A DNA stretch of 36,962 nucleotides from an uncultured Methanosarcinales archaeon (GCA_964526585.1 CAZGIN010000001.1:1-36962), one strand, 5' to 3'; counted from the stretch's first letter, positions 8,677 through 16,889 are shown. Notes: a model not told the origin generated them from the sequence alone. Numbers and translations: made by a program.

Positions 8677-8708
8677 ATATTGTGTATCTCACCACTTACA
8701 CACACAAT
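8677..8708. promoter_or_regulatory. 9-bp perfect inverted repeat ATATTGTGT-N14-ACACAATAT (NrdR-box-like half sites) upstream of nrdJ
   Basis: Read directly. Each arm equals the ACACwATAT half of the bacterial NrdR-box consensus. A TATA-like tttatatattt at about 8745-8757 lies further upstream relative to the minus-strand gene. Confidence 0.3.
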
Positions 8709-8808
8709 ATGTTAATTTTTACTCATCAAAACTCATTTATATATTTAACCTATCCACATACTATATTTTTCATAACATATGTTATGTTTGTAGAGAAAAA
8801 ATTTGTTC

Positions 8809-8994
8809 CTAAAATCCTGATGGTTCTTTGTCTGCAGGAGTGTATCTTTCTGTAGTGGACAGCCCTTCCTTTCTTAAGCGATCCAGGTGGTTTTCTACTT
8901 CTCTTGCTACTATCTCAGCAGGCCTTTCTCCTGAGTACATAGTTTTTAGGATAGCGTTTATTCTTGGTCTTCTGAGCCTGTCATCCTCAGGCAT
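8809..8994 (-). CDS. small hypothetical protein
   Basis: 61-aa ORF starting 16 nt downstream of the pepF stop on the same strand. No motif. Could be spurious. Confidence 0.3.
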   Translation of the reverse strand: MPEDDRLRRPRINAILKTMYSGERPAEIVAREVENHLDRLRKEGLSTTERYTPADKEPSGF

Positions 8995-9010
8995 CTGGGT
9001 GATCTGTTGC

Positions 9011-10729
9011 CTAAGCCAATCCTCTCAACTCTTCTATCTCTCTCTTTATTATCTCAAATCCTTTCTGCCAGAACTTCTCAGAATTGATGTCTATGCCTGC
9101 TTCTGCCAATATGTCTCCGGGCGCCATGTTTCCTCCATAAGAGAGTATCTTCATGTATTTTGGCACAAATGCTTTTCCTTCTTCTTCATACATCTTGTAC
9201 AATGCTAATACAAGCAGATTCCCGAACGCATATGCATAGCAGTAGAATGGGCTGAAATATATGTGAGGGATGTATTTCCACTCATGCCTGAATACTTCTG
9301 GTATTGGAATATTGCCGAACTGCTCTTTGAGGTTGCTCAGATATTCTTTGTTCAGCTCTTCAACTGTCGCTCCTTCTGCTATCATCGCATGGGCTTTCTC
9401 TTCGAACATGACAAAATATGCCTGCCTTGTTATGCTTGCGTACTGCCCTTCAAGCATTCTCATAAGCAGCCCTTTCTTCTCCTCTTTGCCTGCTTCTTTC
9501 AGCAGTTTCTGGGCAAGCAGCATTTCGTTGAATATGGATGCTGTCTCTGCCAAAGGAAGCGCTGCATGGTATGTAAACTCAGACTGCTCTTTTGATGCTA
9601 TGAAATGTACTGCATGTCCCATCTCATGCGCCATAGTGAACAGGTCGTTCATCTTGTTCATGTGGTTCAGCATCACATAAGGCCCTATATCTCTTGTTGT
9701 TGATGTGCAGTATGCTCCGCTTCTTTTTCCCGGCTTAACATCAGAATGCACGTGCTTTTTCTCAAACACTTCTTTTGCCATGTTCTTGGCATCATTTGAG
9801 AATTCTCCGATCACTTCTAATACTATCCTCTTGCTCTCTTCATAGCTGTATTCTTTCTTTGATTCCTTCAATGGCGCCAATATGTCATATCTATCTAATT
9901 TTATCCCTAATATATTTGCTTTGAGCTTGAAATATTCCTGGAAAACCTGTTTATTCCTCCTGACAACCTTAAGCATAGCTTCCACGGTTTCATCTGGGAT
10001 GTCATTTGCTATGTTCTGCACTGATATAGGGGTTTTATATCCCCTTATGCTTATGCTCTCGTTTCTCCAGTCATTAACTATGCTCTTGTATATCTCTCCA
10101 AGTGCTTGCTCTTCCTCTCCGAACTTTGATAGTACTAAGTCGTAGCTTTTCTTTCTTTCTTCTCTTTTGGAGCTTTGCTTGTATACATTGATCTGTTCCT
10201 GGTTCAGCTTCTTCCCTTTCCAGTCAAATAAGAACTTGTTTGTTATGATGTCATATATCCTTACTGATGCTTCTGTCCCTGAAAGGTCTTTCAGGTTGAT
10301 TATCTTCTCTTCCTTCTCGCTTAATGTGTATGGCTTGTAATCCCTTATCCTTTGCAGCATATACTTGTATTTGCCGCTTGCCTCTATGAAATTTTTTGCC
10401 TTTTTCTCATCAAGATCCTTAAACCATATCCCGAAGAACAGCATATCATTTGACAGCCTTGCTAATATCTCAGATATTTTTGCTTGATGTGCATTCCTCT
10501 TTGAGTCTGTTGTGTCTTCTGTCTGCCACAGCATCGCATAGCTTGCTACTTTTGCTGCTGACTCTGCTATCTCTTCCTTTTGCCTTACAAGCTTTAGAAA
10601 TTCTTTCACTCCTATATTGTCAAGCTTATCCCTGCTCTTGCTGAACTCTTGAGCTTTCTCTTTCAGCTCTTCTATCAGTTTCTCAGTCTGCTTAAACTGA
10701 TATATATCCTCTAGGTTCCATACTGCCAT
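9011..10729 (-). CDS. pepF: oligoendopeptidase F (M3B metallopeptidase)
   Basis: 572 aa. Zinc site FTMAHEMGHAVH (HExxH). Overall PepF-like length and layout. Confidence 0.85.
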   Translation of the reverse strand: MAVWNLEDIYQFKQTEKLIEELKEKAQEFSKSRDKLDNIGVKEFLKLVRQKEEIAESAAKVASYAMLWQTEDTTDSKRNAHQAKISEILARLSNDMLFFGIWFKDLDEKKAKNFIEASGKYKYMLQRIRDYKPYTLSEKEEKIINLKDLSGTEASVRIYDIITNKFLFDWKGKKLNQEQINVYKQSSKREERKKSYDLVLSKFGEEEQALGEIYKSIVNDWRNESISIRGYKTPISVQNIANDIPDETVEAMLKVVRRNKQVFQEYFKLKANILGIKLDRYDILAPLKESKKEYSYEESKRIVLEVIGEFSNDAKNMAKEVFEKKHVHSDVKPGKRSGAYCTSTTRDIGPYVMLNHMNKMNDLFTMAHEMGHAVHFIASKEQSEFTYHAALPLAETASIFNEMLLAQKLLKEAGKEEKKGLLMRMLEGQYASITRQAYFVMFEEKAHAMIAEGATVEELNKEYLSNLKEQFGNIPIPEVFRHEWKYIPHIYFSPFYCYAYAFGNLLVLALYKMYEEEGKAFVPKYMKILSYGGNMAPGDILAEAGIDINSEKFWQKGFEIIKREIEELRGLA

Positions 10730-10732
10730 GCC

Positions 10733-11614
10733 TTAACCTTCCACTTCGTTTGTTATCGCCCAGTCGAACAGTACTTCTGCTGCGCTCAACAGATAATTTC
10801 TTACTCTCTCTTTATGATAGTTCTTAAGGTTTGTGCTTGTCTCTTCTTTTATCTTTTTTATCTGGTTTGTAAATTCGAGAACTTCATTGTAGTGTATCTT
10901 TTTCTTCTCTACAGCAGGGTCTATGAGATCTTTTAGCGCATCGACTGCTTTCAGCGTGAGCTCAAGATAGGTTTTGTCCTGCCTGTCTACTTTTATCAGG
11001 TGGTCTGCCAGCCTTTCAAGGTCTTTTGCCAAAAGTGATATGTAGTATAGGTCTATTGTGCTTAATCTTGAGGATCTGTGATGCGTTAGGCTGCTTATCA
11101 CTGCCTTGTTGATAAGCATCCTGTTCTTGTCTATCTCTTCTTCATACCTGTGTATCAGCTCTTCATTGTAGTTTTTTGTCATTATTATCAGGATGTTCTT
11201 TATCTTCCCGATCATTGTCTTCAGCAGTGCTTCGCATCCTGTTATTGTAACAAAGCTTTCGCAGCTGATAGAATTGTTCTCTATGTCCAGCAGCTCTACA
11301 TTGATGAGTTTTTTCTGCTCCAATAGCTTCCTTTGGTCTAATGGCTTTTCAAGCAGGATCTTGAAGCTGTCTACAGGGTTTATGTAGCATGATACCACTA
11401 TCTTGTTTATTATGTCTAAGTTATCCTCATCGATCTTAAGCTGCAGGTTTTTCTTCTTTTTCTCCACTACTTTCGGGCTGATTATCAGCTCTCCTCCGCT
11501 TCCCCTGCTTAGGCTTATAGTTGAATCTGAGCTTATCCTGAATTCTTTGCACCATGCTGTTGGAAGATACACATAATGCATATCTCCTGTCCGTTGTATT
11601 TTTCTTAAATCCAT
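10733..11614 (-). CDS. AbrB/SpoVT-domain plus PhoU-like regulator
   Basis: N-terminus MDLRKIQRTGDMHYVYLPTAWCKEF is a SpoVT/AbrB swapped-hairpin motif, followed by about 200 aa of helical PhoU-like repeats. The track ORF opens with GTG at 11626. ATG at 11614 sits about 29 nt downstream of the TATA at 11640-11647. Confidence 0.7.
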   Translation of the reverse strand: MDLRKIQRTGDMHYVYLPTAWCKEFRISSDSTISLSRGSGGELIISPKVVEKKKKNLQLKIDEDNLDIINKIVVSCYINPVDSFKILLEKPLDQRKLLEQKKLINVELLDIENNSISCESFVTITGCEALLKTMIGKIKNILIIMTKNYNEELIHRYEEEIDKNRMLINKAVISSLTHHRSSRLSTIDLYYISLLAKDLERLADHLIKVDRQDKTYLELTLKAVDALKDLIDPAVEKKKIHYNEVLEFTNQIKKIKEETSTNLKNYHKERVRNYLLSAAEVLFDWAITNEVEG

Positions 11615-11639
11615 ATATTTAGTCACTATTTAGCCCCTA

Positions 11640-11647
11640 TTTATAAA
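11640..11647 (-). promoter_or_regulatory. TATA box (TTTATAAA) for the AbrB-PhoU gene
   Basis: tttataaa is centred about 29 nt upstream of ATG 11614, consistent with a leaderless transcript. Confidence 0.4.
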
Positions 11648-11762
11648 TCTTATCTACACCTAAAATAAATATATTATATATAAATTATTAAATATTTGTT
11701 TTCCATAGAATATATGAAACATTTAGGTCTTGCTTTAATCTCAACTGCCAGTTTTAACCTAT

Positions 11763-11978
11763 ATGGAAGCTAGAAGCATCATTATCGGACTGTGCATGAT
11801 CGTTATAGGAGTCATATTTGGCAGGCTCAGCATGGCTATCCAGGTTGCGATAATGAAGCCCAGCACTCTTCTTGATTCAAAAGAAAAGATAGAAATATCT
11901 CCCGGATCAGAGCACGACATAAGCTTCCACTGCATAGCTGATTTTTCTGAGAAAGGCTTCAAGAGATGGAGGGGTTAA
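11763..11978 (+). CDS. small putative membrane protein
   Basis: 71-aa ORF with one hydrophobic segment (IIIGLCMIVIGVIFG). An antisense ORF of similar size overlaps it. Weak call. Confidence 0.25.
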   Translation: MEARSIIIGLCMIVIGVIFGRLSMAIQVAIMKPSTLLDSKEKIEISPGSEHDISFHCIADFSEKGFKRWRG

Positions 11979-11998
11979 ACTGATTGAAAAACTGAGTA

Positions 11999-12099
11999 TG
12001 AGCCTGCGAGGATTTGAACCCCGGTCAACCGGTTTCTGCTTTTATAACCGAAGCCGGCCGCACTCTCTGGAATGATTATCCAGGCTATGCTACAGGCCC
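11999..12099 (-). tRNA. tRNA-Arg(UCG), inferred to carry two insertions/introns (anticodon loop 37/38 and D-arm)
   Basis: Reverse complement gives acceptor GGGCCUG/CAGGCUC (one G-U), discriminator A, D-loop AGCCUGGAUA, anticodon stem GCCGG/CCGGU, loop CU-UCG-G...A, T-arm CGGGG-UUCAAAU-CCUCG. It is 101 nt in total, or 74 nt after removing a 14-nt and a 13-nt insert. No encoded CCA. Confidence 0.7.
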
Positions 12100-12123
12100 A
12101 TATTGTTATTGGATTTATCCTAG

Positions 12124-12131
12124 TTTATAAA
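12124..12131 (-). promoter_or_regulatory. TATA box (TTTATAAA) for the tRNA gene
   Basis: Centred about 28 nt upstream of the tRNA 5' end at 12099. Confidence 0.5.
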
Positions 12132-12140
12132 ACTTGAGTC

Positions 12141-12230
12141 AGCAACAATGGCGTCAGGCGAGGCGGGTCCCCGTCGGGGTGCCGAGCAGGACATACAAAG
12201 TATGGCCGTCTGACCGCCATCATTGTTGCT
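12141..12230. ncRNA. GC-rich structured element, candidate unclassified ncRNA
   Basis: Closing helix AGCAACAAU(12141-12149)/AUUGUUGCU(12222-12230) is extended by GGCG/CGCC and UCAG/CUGA. Internal hairpins are CCCC-GUC-GGGG (12169-12179) and CAUAC-AAA-GUAUG (12192-12204). Much more GC-rich than its flanks. Strand not determined. Confidence 0.35.
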
Positions 12231-12262
12231 TATTACAAGATTATTGTCATCACTAGTAGTGC

Positions 12263-12308
12263 TATCTGCTTAAATCCGATCTCCAAAAGAATTATCTGCT
12301 TAAATCCG
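12263..12308. repeat. 16-nt exact direct repeat tatctgcttaaatccg (12263-12278 and 12293-12308)
   Basis: Read directly. The second copy contains the last codons and the stop codon of the Alba gene. Confidence 0.8.
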
Positions 12309-12581
12309 CCCTAATGTTATCTCAAGTATCGATACTCTTACTTCTTTCCCTTCTTTGTTCTTGAAAGCTTCTGAGTCTATCCTTATGTTTTTCACTTCTA
12401 CCTGTCCTTCAAGAAACCTTTTTGTAGCGACTTCTGCCACATCAACTGCTCTTGATATGAACTTTCCTCTTGCTTTCACGATCACTTCTTGGGCGTTCTT
12501 TGTCGTGAACTGCATAACTACTCCAGTTACATAGTTCATGAAGGGCTTGTTTCCGACGTACATAGTGTTGTCTTCTGCCAT
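12300..12581 (-). CDS. albA: DNA/RNA-binding protein Alba
   Basis: 93 aa. ...NTMYVGNKPFMNYVTGVVMQF.....EVIVKARGKFISRAVDVAEV... is the Alba signature. Confidence 0.9.
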   Translation of the reverse strand: MAEDNTMYVGNKPFMNYVTGVVMQFTTKNAQEVIVKARGKFISRAVDVAEVATKRFLEGQVEVKNIRIDSEAFKNKEGKEVRVSILEITLGRI

Positions 12582-12585
12582 GCTA

Positions 12586-12771
12586 TCACTTCTGTCTCTT
12601 TAGTCTTGTCACATATCCAGCTACTGTGTTCTTTATCCTTCTGCTTGATACTGTGGTATAATCCTTGACAAGCTTCTTGTTCTCTTCGAAGTCTGTGCTG
12701 AATGCATCTCCGTGTTTCTGCATCAGCTCCTGCGTTACTCGTTTTGATAGTTGTGTCTTTATTCTTCCCAT
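12586..12771 (-). CDS. rps17e: 30S ribosomal protein eS17
   Basis: MGRIKTQLSKRVTQELMQKHGDAFSTDFEENKK... is a typical eS17 N-terminus. I start at the internal ATG 12771, not the track start 12864, because TATA 12794-12801 lies about 26 nt upstream. Confidence 0.8.
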   Translation of the reverse strand: MGRIKTQLSKRVTQELMQKHGDAFSTDFEENKKLVKDYTTVSSRRIKNTVAGYVTRLKRQK

Positions 12772-12793
12772 AGTCGTGAGAACTCTAATTCTG

Positions 12794-12801
12794 TATTTAA
12801 A
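12794..12801 (-). promoter_or_regulatory. TATA box for rps17e
   Basis: tttaaata on the minus strand, about 26 nt upstream of ATG 12771. Confidence 0.4.
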
Positions 12802-12853
12802 GCTTGTGGTTATTCTTTCAGGACGTAATTTCTCCGCCATATCCACACTAAGC

Positions 12854-12861
12854 TTTATAAA
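12854..12861 (+). promoter_or_regulatory. TATA box for the polyprenyl synthase gene
   Basis: tttataaa centred about 25 nt upstream of ATG 12883. Confidence 0.4.
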
Positions 12862-12882
12862 CATCCAGTCGGTTTACTCCTT

Positions 12883-13890
12883 ATGGATTTCAAAAATGAG
12901 CTTGCTAGGTTCAGGAAGGATATCGATTCAAGTCTGGCAGACTTTTTCAGCCATAACAACAGCTATCCAGGTTCTGTAGGCAATGCTCTTAAGATCTTGC
13001 AGGAGTTCACGCTTAGGGGTGGCAAGCGTATCAGGCCTGCTTTGGTGTATTATGGTTACCGCTGCTTCTCAGATGAGGATCTTGGTGAGGTTCTGAAGGC
13101 TTCTATGGTGATGGAGCTTGTCCAGTCTTATCTTTTGATCCATGATGATATCATCGATATGGATTCTACAAGAAGGGGCGGCCCTACTGTTCATGTTCAG
13201 TTTGACGATCCTCATATGGGGGTTAGCATGGCTATTGTCATAGGAGATATAGCTTGTGCACTTGCTGTCAGGATTCTTAACAATGCAAAGCTGGATGAAG
13301 CAAAAAAATCTGTGGCGTTGAAAGTCCTGAACGATTGCGTCTTTAAGGTCATAACAGGCCAGATCATGGATGTTGCGCAGGATCTTAATTCTATTGCTGA
13401 TGTCCTTAAGATGTACGAGCTTAAGACTGCTGCCTATACTTTTGAGGGTCCTCTATTGATAGGGGCTTCTTTGGCAGGAGCTTCAGGCAAGGATAAGGAT
13501 ATCCTTTCAAAGATCGCTGTTCCTTTGGGCAAGGCTTTTCAGCTGCAGGATGATCTCCTTGATCTTTTTGGCGATTCAAAGCTTGGCAAGCCTATCGGTT
13601 CTGATATCAAGGAAGGCAAGAAGACTTTGTTGATATTGAAAGCTTTGGAAGGTGCATCTGATCCTGATAAGGAATTCCTTAATAGTATCCTTGGGAAGGA
13701 CTTCTCTGCTGATGATCTGGAGCGTATCAGATCGATCCTGACTGATACTGGCGCAAAAGCTTTTGTTGAGAAGAAATGTGCAGTATATCTTGATCAGGCT
13801 AAATATATATTAGAGTCTTCAAAGTTCAGATGTGAAGGAAAGGATTTCCTGATTGGCTTATGCGAATATCTTAGAAACCGTTCTTATTAA
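12883..13890 (+). CDS. idsA: trans-polyprenyl (geranylgeranyl) diphosphate synthase
   Basis: 335 aa. First Asp-rich motif LIHDDIIDMD and second motif FQLQDDLLD. Confidence 0.85.
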   Translation: MDFKNELARFRKDIDSSLADFFSHNNSYPGSVGNALKILQEFTLRGGKRIRPALVYYGYRCFSDEDLGEVLKASMVMELVQSYLLIHDDIIDMDSTRRGGPTVHVQFDDPHMGVSMAIVIGDIACALAVRILNNAKLDEAKKSVALKVLNDCVFKVITGQIMDVAQDLNSIADVLKMYELKTAAYTFEGPLLIGASLAGASGKDKDILSKIAVPLGKAFQLQDDLLDLFGDSKLGKPIGSDIKEGKKTLLILKALEGASDPDKEFLNSILGKDFSADDLERIRSILTDTGAKAFVEKKCAVYLDQAKYILESSKFRCEGKDFLIGLCEYLRNRSY

Positions 13891-13892
13891 GC

Positions 13893-14603
13893 CTATAGGC
13901 CGAATCTTCTTTCTCTTTTTTGGTACTTGCTGATGCATTCTATAAGGTCTTCTTTCTCAAATTCAGGCCATAATTTCTCTAAAAAGAACCATTCCGAATA
14001 GTGAGACTGCCATATTAAGAAGTTTGATGTCCTGTTGTCTCCTCCGGTCCTTATGATCATGTCAGGCTCATGGTCTAGGTAAAGGTTCTTCTGGAACACT
14101 TCTGCATTGATGGCATCTATTGAAAGCTCTCCTTTCTTTGCCTGTTCAGCTATCTTTTTTGTTGCATCCACTACTTCTTCTCTTCCTCCGTATGCCATGG
14201 CAAAGTTGACTATATATTGATTATAGTGTTTTGTCTTGTCTATTATCTTGTGCATAATTTCATTGACTTCTTTAGGGAACAGGTGTATCCTTCCTATGAA
14301 GTTTACTTTTATCTGGTTGTCTTCAAGCCTCTTGTCTTCTAAAAGTGAGGTGAACTCTTTCTTGAACAGTTCCATGAGATAATTAAACTCCTCTTTTGGC
14401 CTGTTCATGTTCTGCATTGAGAATGCGTATAGCGTAAGCTCCTTTATCCCGATCTCTTTTGTCCAGTCCAGCAGCTTTTCTACCTTCTTTGCACCCCATT
14501 CATGGCCTTTCCAGGGCTTCATCATTAATCTTTTTGAGAATCTTCTGTTGCCGTCTAGTATGATCCCTACGTGTTTTGGTATGTTATTGCTTGTTTCTTC
14601 CAT
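13893..14603 (-). CDS. uppS: cis-prenyltransferase, undecaprenyl diphosphate synthase family
   Basis: 236 aa. HVGIILDGNRRF, and later RTGGDNRTSNFLIWQSHYSE. Confidence 0.9.
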   Translation of the reverse strand: MEETSNNIPKHVGIILDGNRRFSKRLMMKPWKGHEWGAKKVEKLLDWTKEIGIKELTLYAFSMQNMNRPKEEFNYLMELFKKEFTSLLEDKRLEDNQIKVNFIGRIHLFPKEVNEIMHKIIDKTKHYNQYIVNFAMAYGGREEVVDATKKIAEQAKKGELSIDAINAEVFQKNLYLDHEPDMIIRTGGDNRTSNFLIWQSHYSEWFFLEKLWPEFEKEDLIECISKYQKRERRFGL

Positions 14604-14669
14604 CTTATTTGCTGCAATTGCTGGTTTTGTTTATAAATTTTTTTCGTATCTTGGCTTATATGCCTTGCT

Positions 14670-15203
14670 TCAGCTCGGATTGATCTTTTTGAACAGTTCT
14701 ATGAATTGCTCCTTTTCTGAGTTGAGTCCTGATTCTACTAATAGTTTTGCAAGCATATATGCATCTTCTTCTCCGCTTGACTGGAACCTGTGCAGTTGTT
14801 TTATTGAGTGGCTGCTCAGCAATCCTTGATTTAGGGCTATGCATGCTGTTCCCCTTCCTTTTGTGATGCTCCTTCTTGGGATATCCACTAATAGGCCTTC
14901 TTTTTCCAATACTCCATCCTTTATTTCCTGAAAACCATGCTTGAGCAGTTCTAATGTTACCAAGTCTTGTATGATTATGCTCTTGTCTTTCCCTTTGTAA
15001 TATTGTTCAGGGCTGCTTCCATAGTATTGTTCAAAGCTTATATCCTTTGTTGGCTTCATCTCATGCACTCTTCCAAGGTATGCTTTTACTTTTTGTCTTG
15101 GCCCATACACTTTTCTTTTGAGCCATCTGTTTTCAACTATGTAGCCGTATGATATGTCTTCTCCCTTAGAATTCTTCCTCTTTTTGATCCTTACAAAGCT
15201 CAT
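14670..15203 (-). CDS. hypothetical protein
   Basis: 177-aa ORF with ATG start, basic N-terminus and non-repetitive composition. No motif recognised. Confidence 0.5.
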   Translation of the reverse strand: MSFVRIKKRKNSKGEDISYGYIVENRWLKRKVYGPRQKVKAYLGRVHEMKPTKDISFEQYYGSSPEQYYKGKDKSIIIQDLVTLELLKHGFQEIKDGVLEKEGLLVDIPRRSITKGRGTACIALNQGLLSSHSIKQLHRFQSSGEEDAYMLAKLLVESGLNSEKEQFIELFKKINPS

Positions 15204-15269
15204 TCTGAATATCGGTGGGCACTATGGATATATAAGTTTTTCTGCCTGTTTAGAAGCTCTAATGTCTAT

Positions 15270-15545
15270 TTATTTGAGCTTGTCAGCCTGTTTCAGCAAT
15301 GCAGCGTTTGTCTTCTTTATCCTTTTGATCGCTTCAGTTACTGCCTTCCTTGCTTCATTCCCTTGTGTTGTCTCAACCGTAAATTCAGGAACTCCCATCT
15401 GTGGGTGGCTTATATGGTAGCCTGCGGCCTTAACTGCATTGTCTTTGTTCAGCTCATCTCTTAGCGCATTGCATAAGGTATGCGTTGCCCCTTCAATCTC
15501 AAACACTATCTTGTTTTTCTTTTCTTCGATGATCTTGATCTCCAT
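15270..15545 (-). CDS. rpoL: DNA-directed RNA polymerase subunit L (Rpo11)
   Basis: MEIKIIEEKKNKIVFEIEGATHTLCNALRDEL...GYHISHP matches the Rpo11/RpoL pattern. ATG at 15545 is preceded by GGAGG, so I prefer it to the track start 15569. Confidence 0.85.
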   Translation of the reverse strand: MEIKIIEEKKNKIVFEIEGATHTLCNALRDELNKDNAVKAAGYHISHPQMGVPEFTVETTQGNEARKAVTEAIKRIKKTNAALLKQADKLK

Positions 15546-15619
15546 GGTGAACCTCCTCAGCTTTTGCAAGCAGTAGTATATTTAAAAAGCTTTCCTATCT
15601 GTTTGTGCAGCTATGCTGC

Positions 15620-15976
15620 TTAACCTGTTGGCATAACCTTTGCCAATGTAACTAATATTGCTCCTTTTGCTGGCATCCCTTTGTTGTCCGGATCTTTCTT
15701 TACTTGCTCCAGCCATTTTCCATTTTCAAAATATTCAGCTGTTCCTATCATCTTGTATCCTTTCCAGCATTTGTCCCAGACCACCAAGCTCACATTATTG
15801 TTTCTTTTCAAGTTCTCCTTTGTCTGCTTCATATAATTGTCAGTTATCAGTATCTGGTTTTCTGATACTACTTTTACGCATGCGATCCCTATCACATTAG
15901 GCTTATATTCTCCATCTACTGTTGCGAATGCCATGGCATTTTCTTCGATGATCTTCTTTGCTTTTTCATCGATCAT
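15620..15976 (-). CDS. pyridoxamine 5'-phosphate oxidase-like FMN-binding split-barrel protein
   Basis: About 118 aa. ...AMAFATVDGEYKPNVIGIACVKVVSENQILITDNYMKQTKENLKRNNNVSLVVWD is typical of the PNPOx-like family. ATG 15976 is preceded by GAGGTG 5 nt upstream. The track start is GTG 15982. Confidence 0.7.
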   Translation of the reverse strand: MIDEKAKKIIEENAMAFATVDGEYKPNVIGIACVKVVSENQILITDNYMKQTKENLKRNNNVSLVVWDKCWKGYKMIGTAEYFENGKWLEQVKKDPDNKGMPAKGAILVTLAKVMPTG

Positions 15977-16025
15977 TTTCACACCTCATCTTCTGTTCGG
16001 GGCGGGACACTCACGTTTTGTGTGC

Positions 16026-16039
16026 TAGTGGGGAGGTCT
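16026..16039. repeat. 14-nt exact repeat TAGTGGGGAGGTCT, copy 1 (copy 2 at 22808-22821)
   Basis: Read directly. Both copies are preceded by TGTGC and by a looser acact..g..ttgtg similarity of about 30 nt. Confidence 0.8.
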
Positions 16040-16046
16040 CAATGTT

Positions 16047-16111
16047 CATTCCCAGAATGAACATTCCCAAAAATCTCTCGACGACAAAATCTCATTCCCA
16101 GCATATTCCCA
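16047..16111 (+). repeat. ATTCCCA-type motif cluster A (4 copies)
   Basis: cattccca at 16047, 16062 and 16093; tattccca at 16104. Segment 16074-16110 is homologous to 17207-17240 in cluster B. Confidence 0.8.
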
Positions 16112-16120
16112 AAATATTAA

Positions 16121-16777
16121 CTACCTTTTCAGCTTTTCAAAGAAGCACACAACCACATCTATATATTCTACTTTCTTCTTGTGGTGCTCCATTGTTTTCT
16201 TCAGCGGAAACTTGTACTCATTTTTTCTTCTGATATCATATCCAAAATCTTTTGATATCGCTTCAAGGAATCTCATTGTCTCACTTTTGTGGAAGCTGAT
16301 CACATTATCGCTTATACCAAAGGCTTTCTCCAGAAATACCTTGTCAGCATGCTTCTCTTTTGTTCCGAACGGAGGGTTCTCTATTACCAGATCAACCTTT
16401 CCAGCGCTCACTTCACCCGCTAAGTCCTCTACTTTGCAGTTATGGAACTCTGCTTCTCCCATCTCTTCCTTAAGCTCACTTTTCATGTTTTCATAGTATT
16501 TTTTGGCCTCGTTAAGCGCTTCATCGTCTATATCGACGAAATATACCTTGTCTGCTCCCAGCATCAGTGCTCCTATCCCTAATATGCCTGTTCCGCATCC
16601 TAGGTCTGCTACTGTCTTGCCGCTCACCTTTCCTTCCATGTATGCTGTCCATAATACATCTGCTGCTATGTCAGAATTGGTTTGATACTGCTCAACTCTC
16701 ACTTTTGGGGTCTCAAACCCCTTGATTCGTGATAATTCAACCGCTAGAGCCTTTTTTGATGCTATTAGCCTTTCCAT
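16121..16777 (-). CDS. SAM-dependent methyltransferase, METTL5/COG2263-like (predicted RNA m6A methylase)
   Basis: Motif I VADLGCGTGILG and motif IV VIENPPFG. The track start 16789 is TTG. ATG 16777 lies about 28 nt downstream of TATA cttataaatt (16799-16810). Confidence 0.8.
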   Translation of the reverse strand: MERLIASKKALAVELSRIKGFETPKVRVEQYQTNSDIAADVLWTAYMEGKVSGKTVADLGCGTGILGIGALMLGADKVYFVDIDDEALNEAKKYYENMKSELKEEMGEAEFHNCKVEDLAGEVSAGKVDLVIENPPFGTKEKHADKVFLEKAFGISDNVISFHKSETMRFLEAISKDFGYDIRRKNEYKFPLKKTMEHHKKKVEYIDVVVCFFEKLKR

Positions 16778-16889
16778 TTCTCTTCTCAAACCGTCTCTAT
16801 CTTATAAATTCTGCTATTTTAGGGCTCCTAGTCCCATCCTGAGCCATTTTTAGCCATCCTGACAGGCTTTTTTCTTCTATTCCCCTGAT

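Noticed and set aside
8462-8720. Cobalamin riboswitch upstream of the B12-dependent RNR
   Set aside because: I could not find a B12-box-like sequence or the multi-helix junction architecture. The structure is a series of simple hairpins.
11759-11962. 67-aa minus-strand ORF antisense to the small membrane ORF
   Set aside because: It has no start context or motif and is mutually exclusive with the plus-strand ORF, which at least has a clean TM segment. Both are weak.
12141-12230. SRP RNA helix 8, 5S rRNA, or H/ACA guide assignment for the structured element
   Set aside because: It is too short for SRP RNA or 5S rRNA. It has no GNAR tetraloop or CCGAAC-type 5S motifs. The nearest ACA lies 7 nt beyond the stem rather than directly after it, and no K-turn is evident. 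It is left as unclassified.
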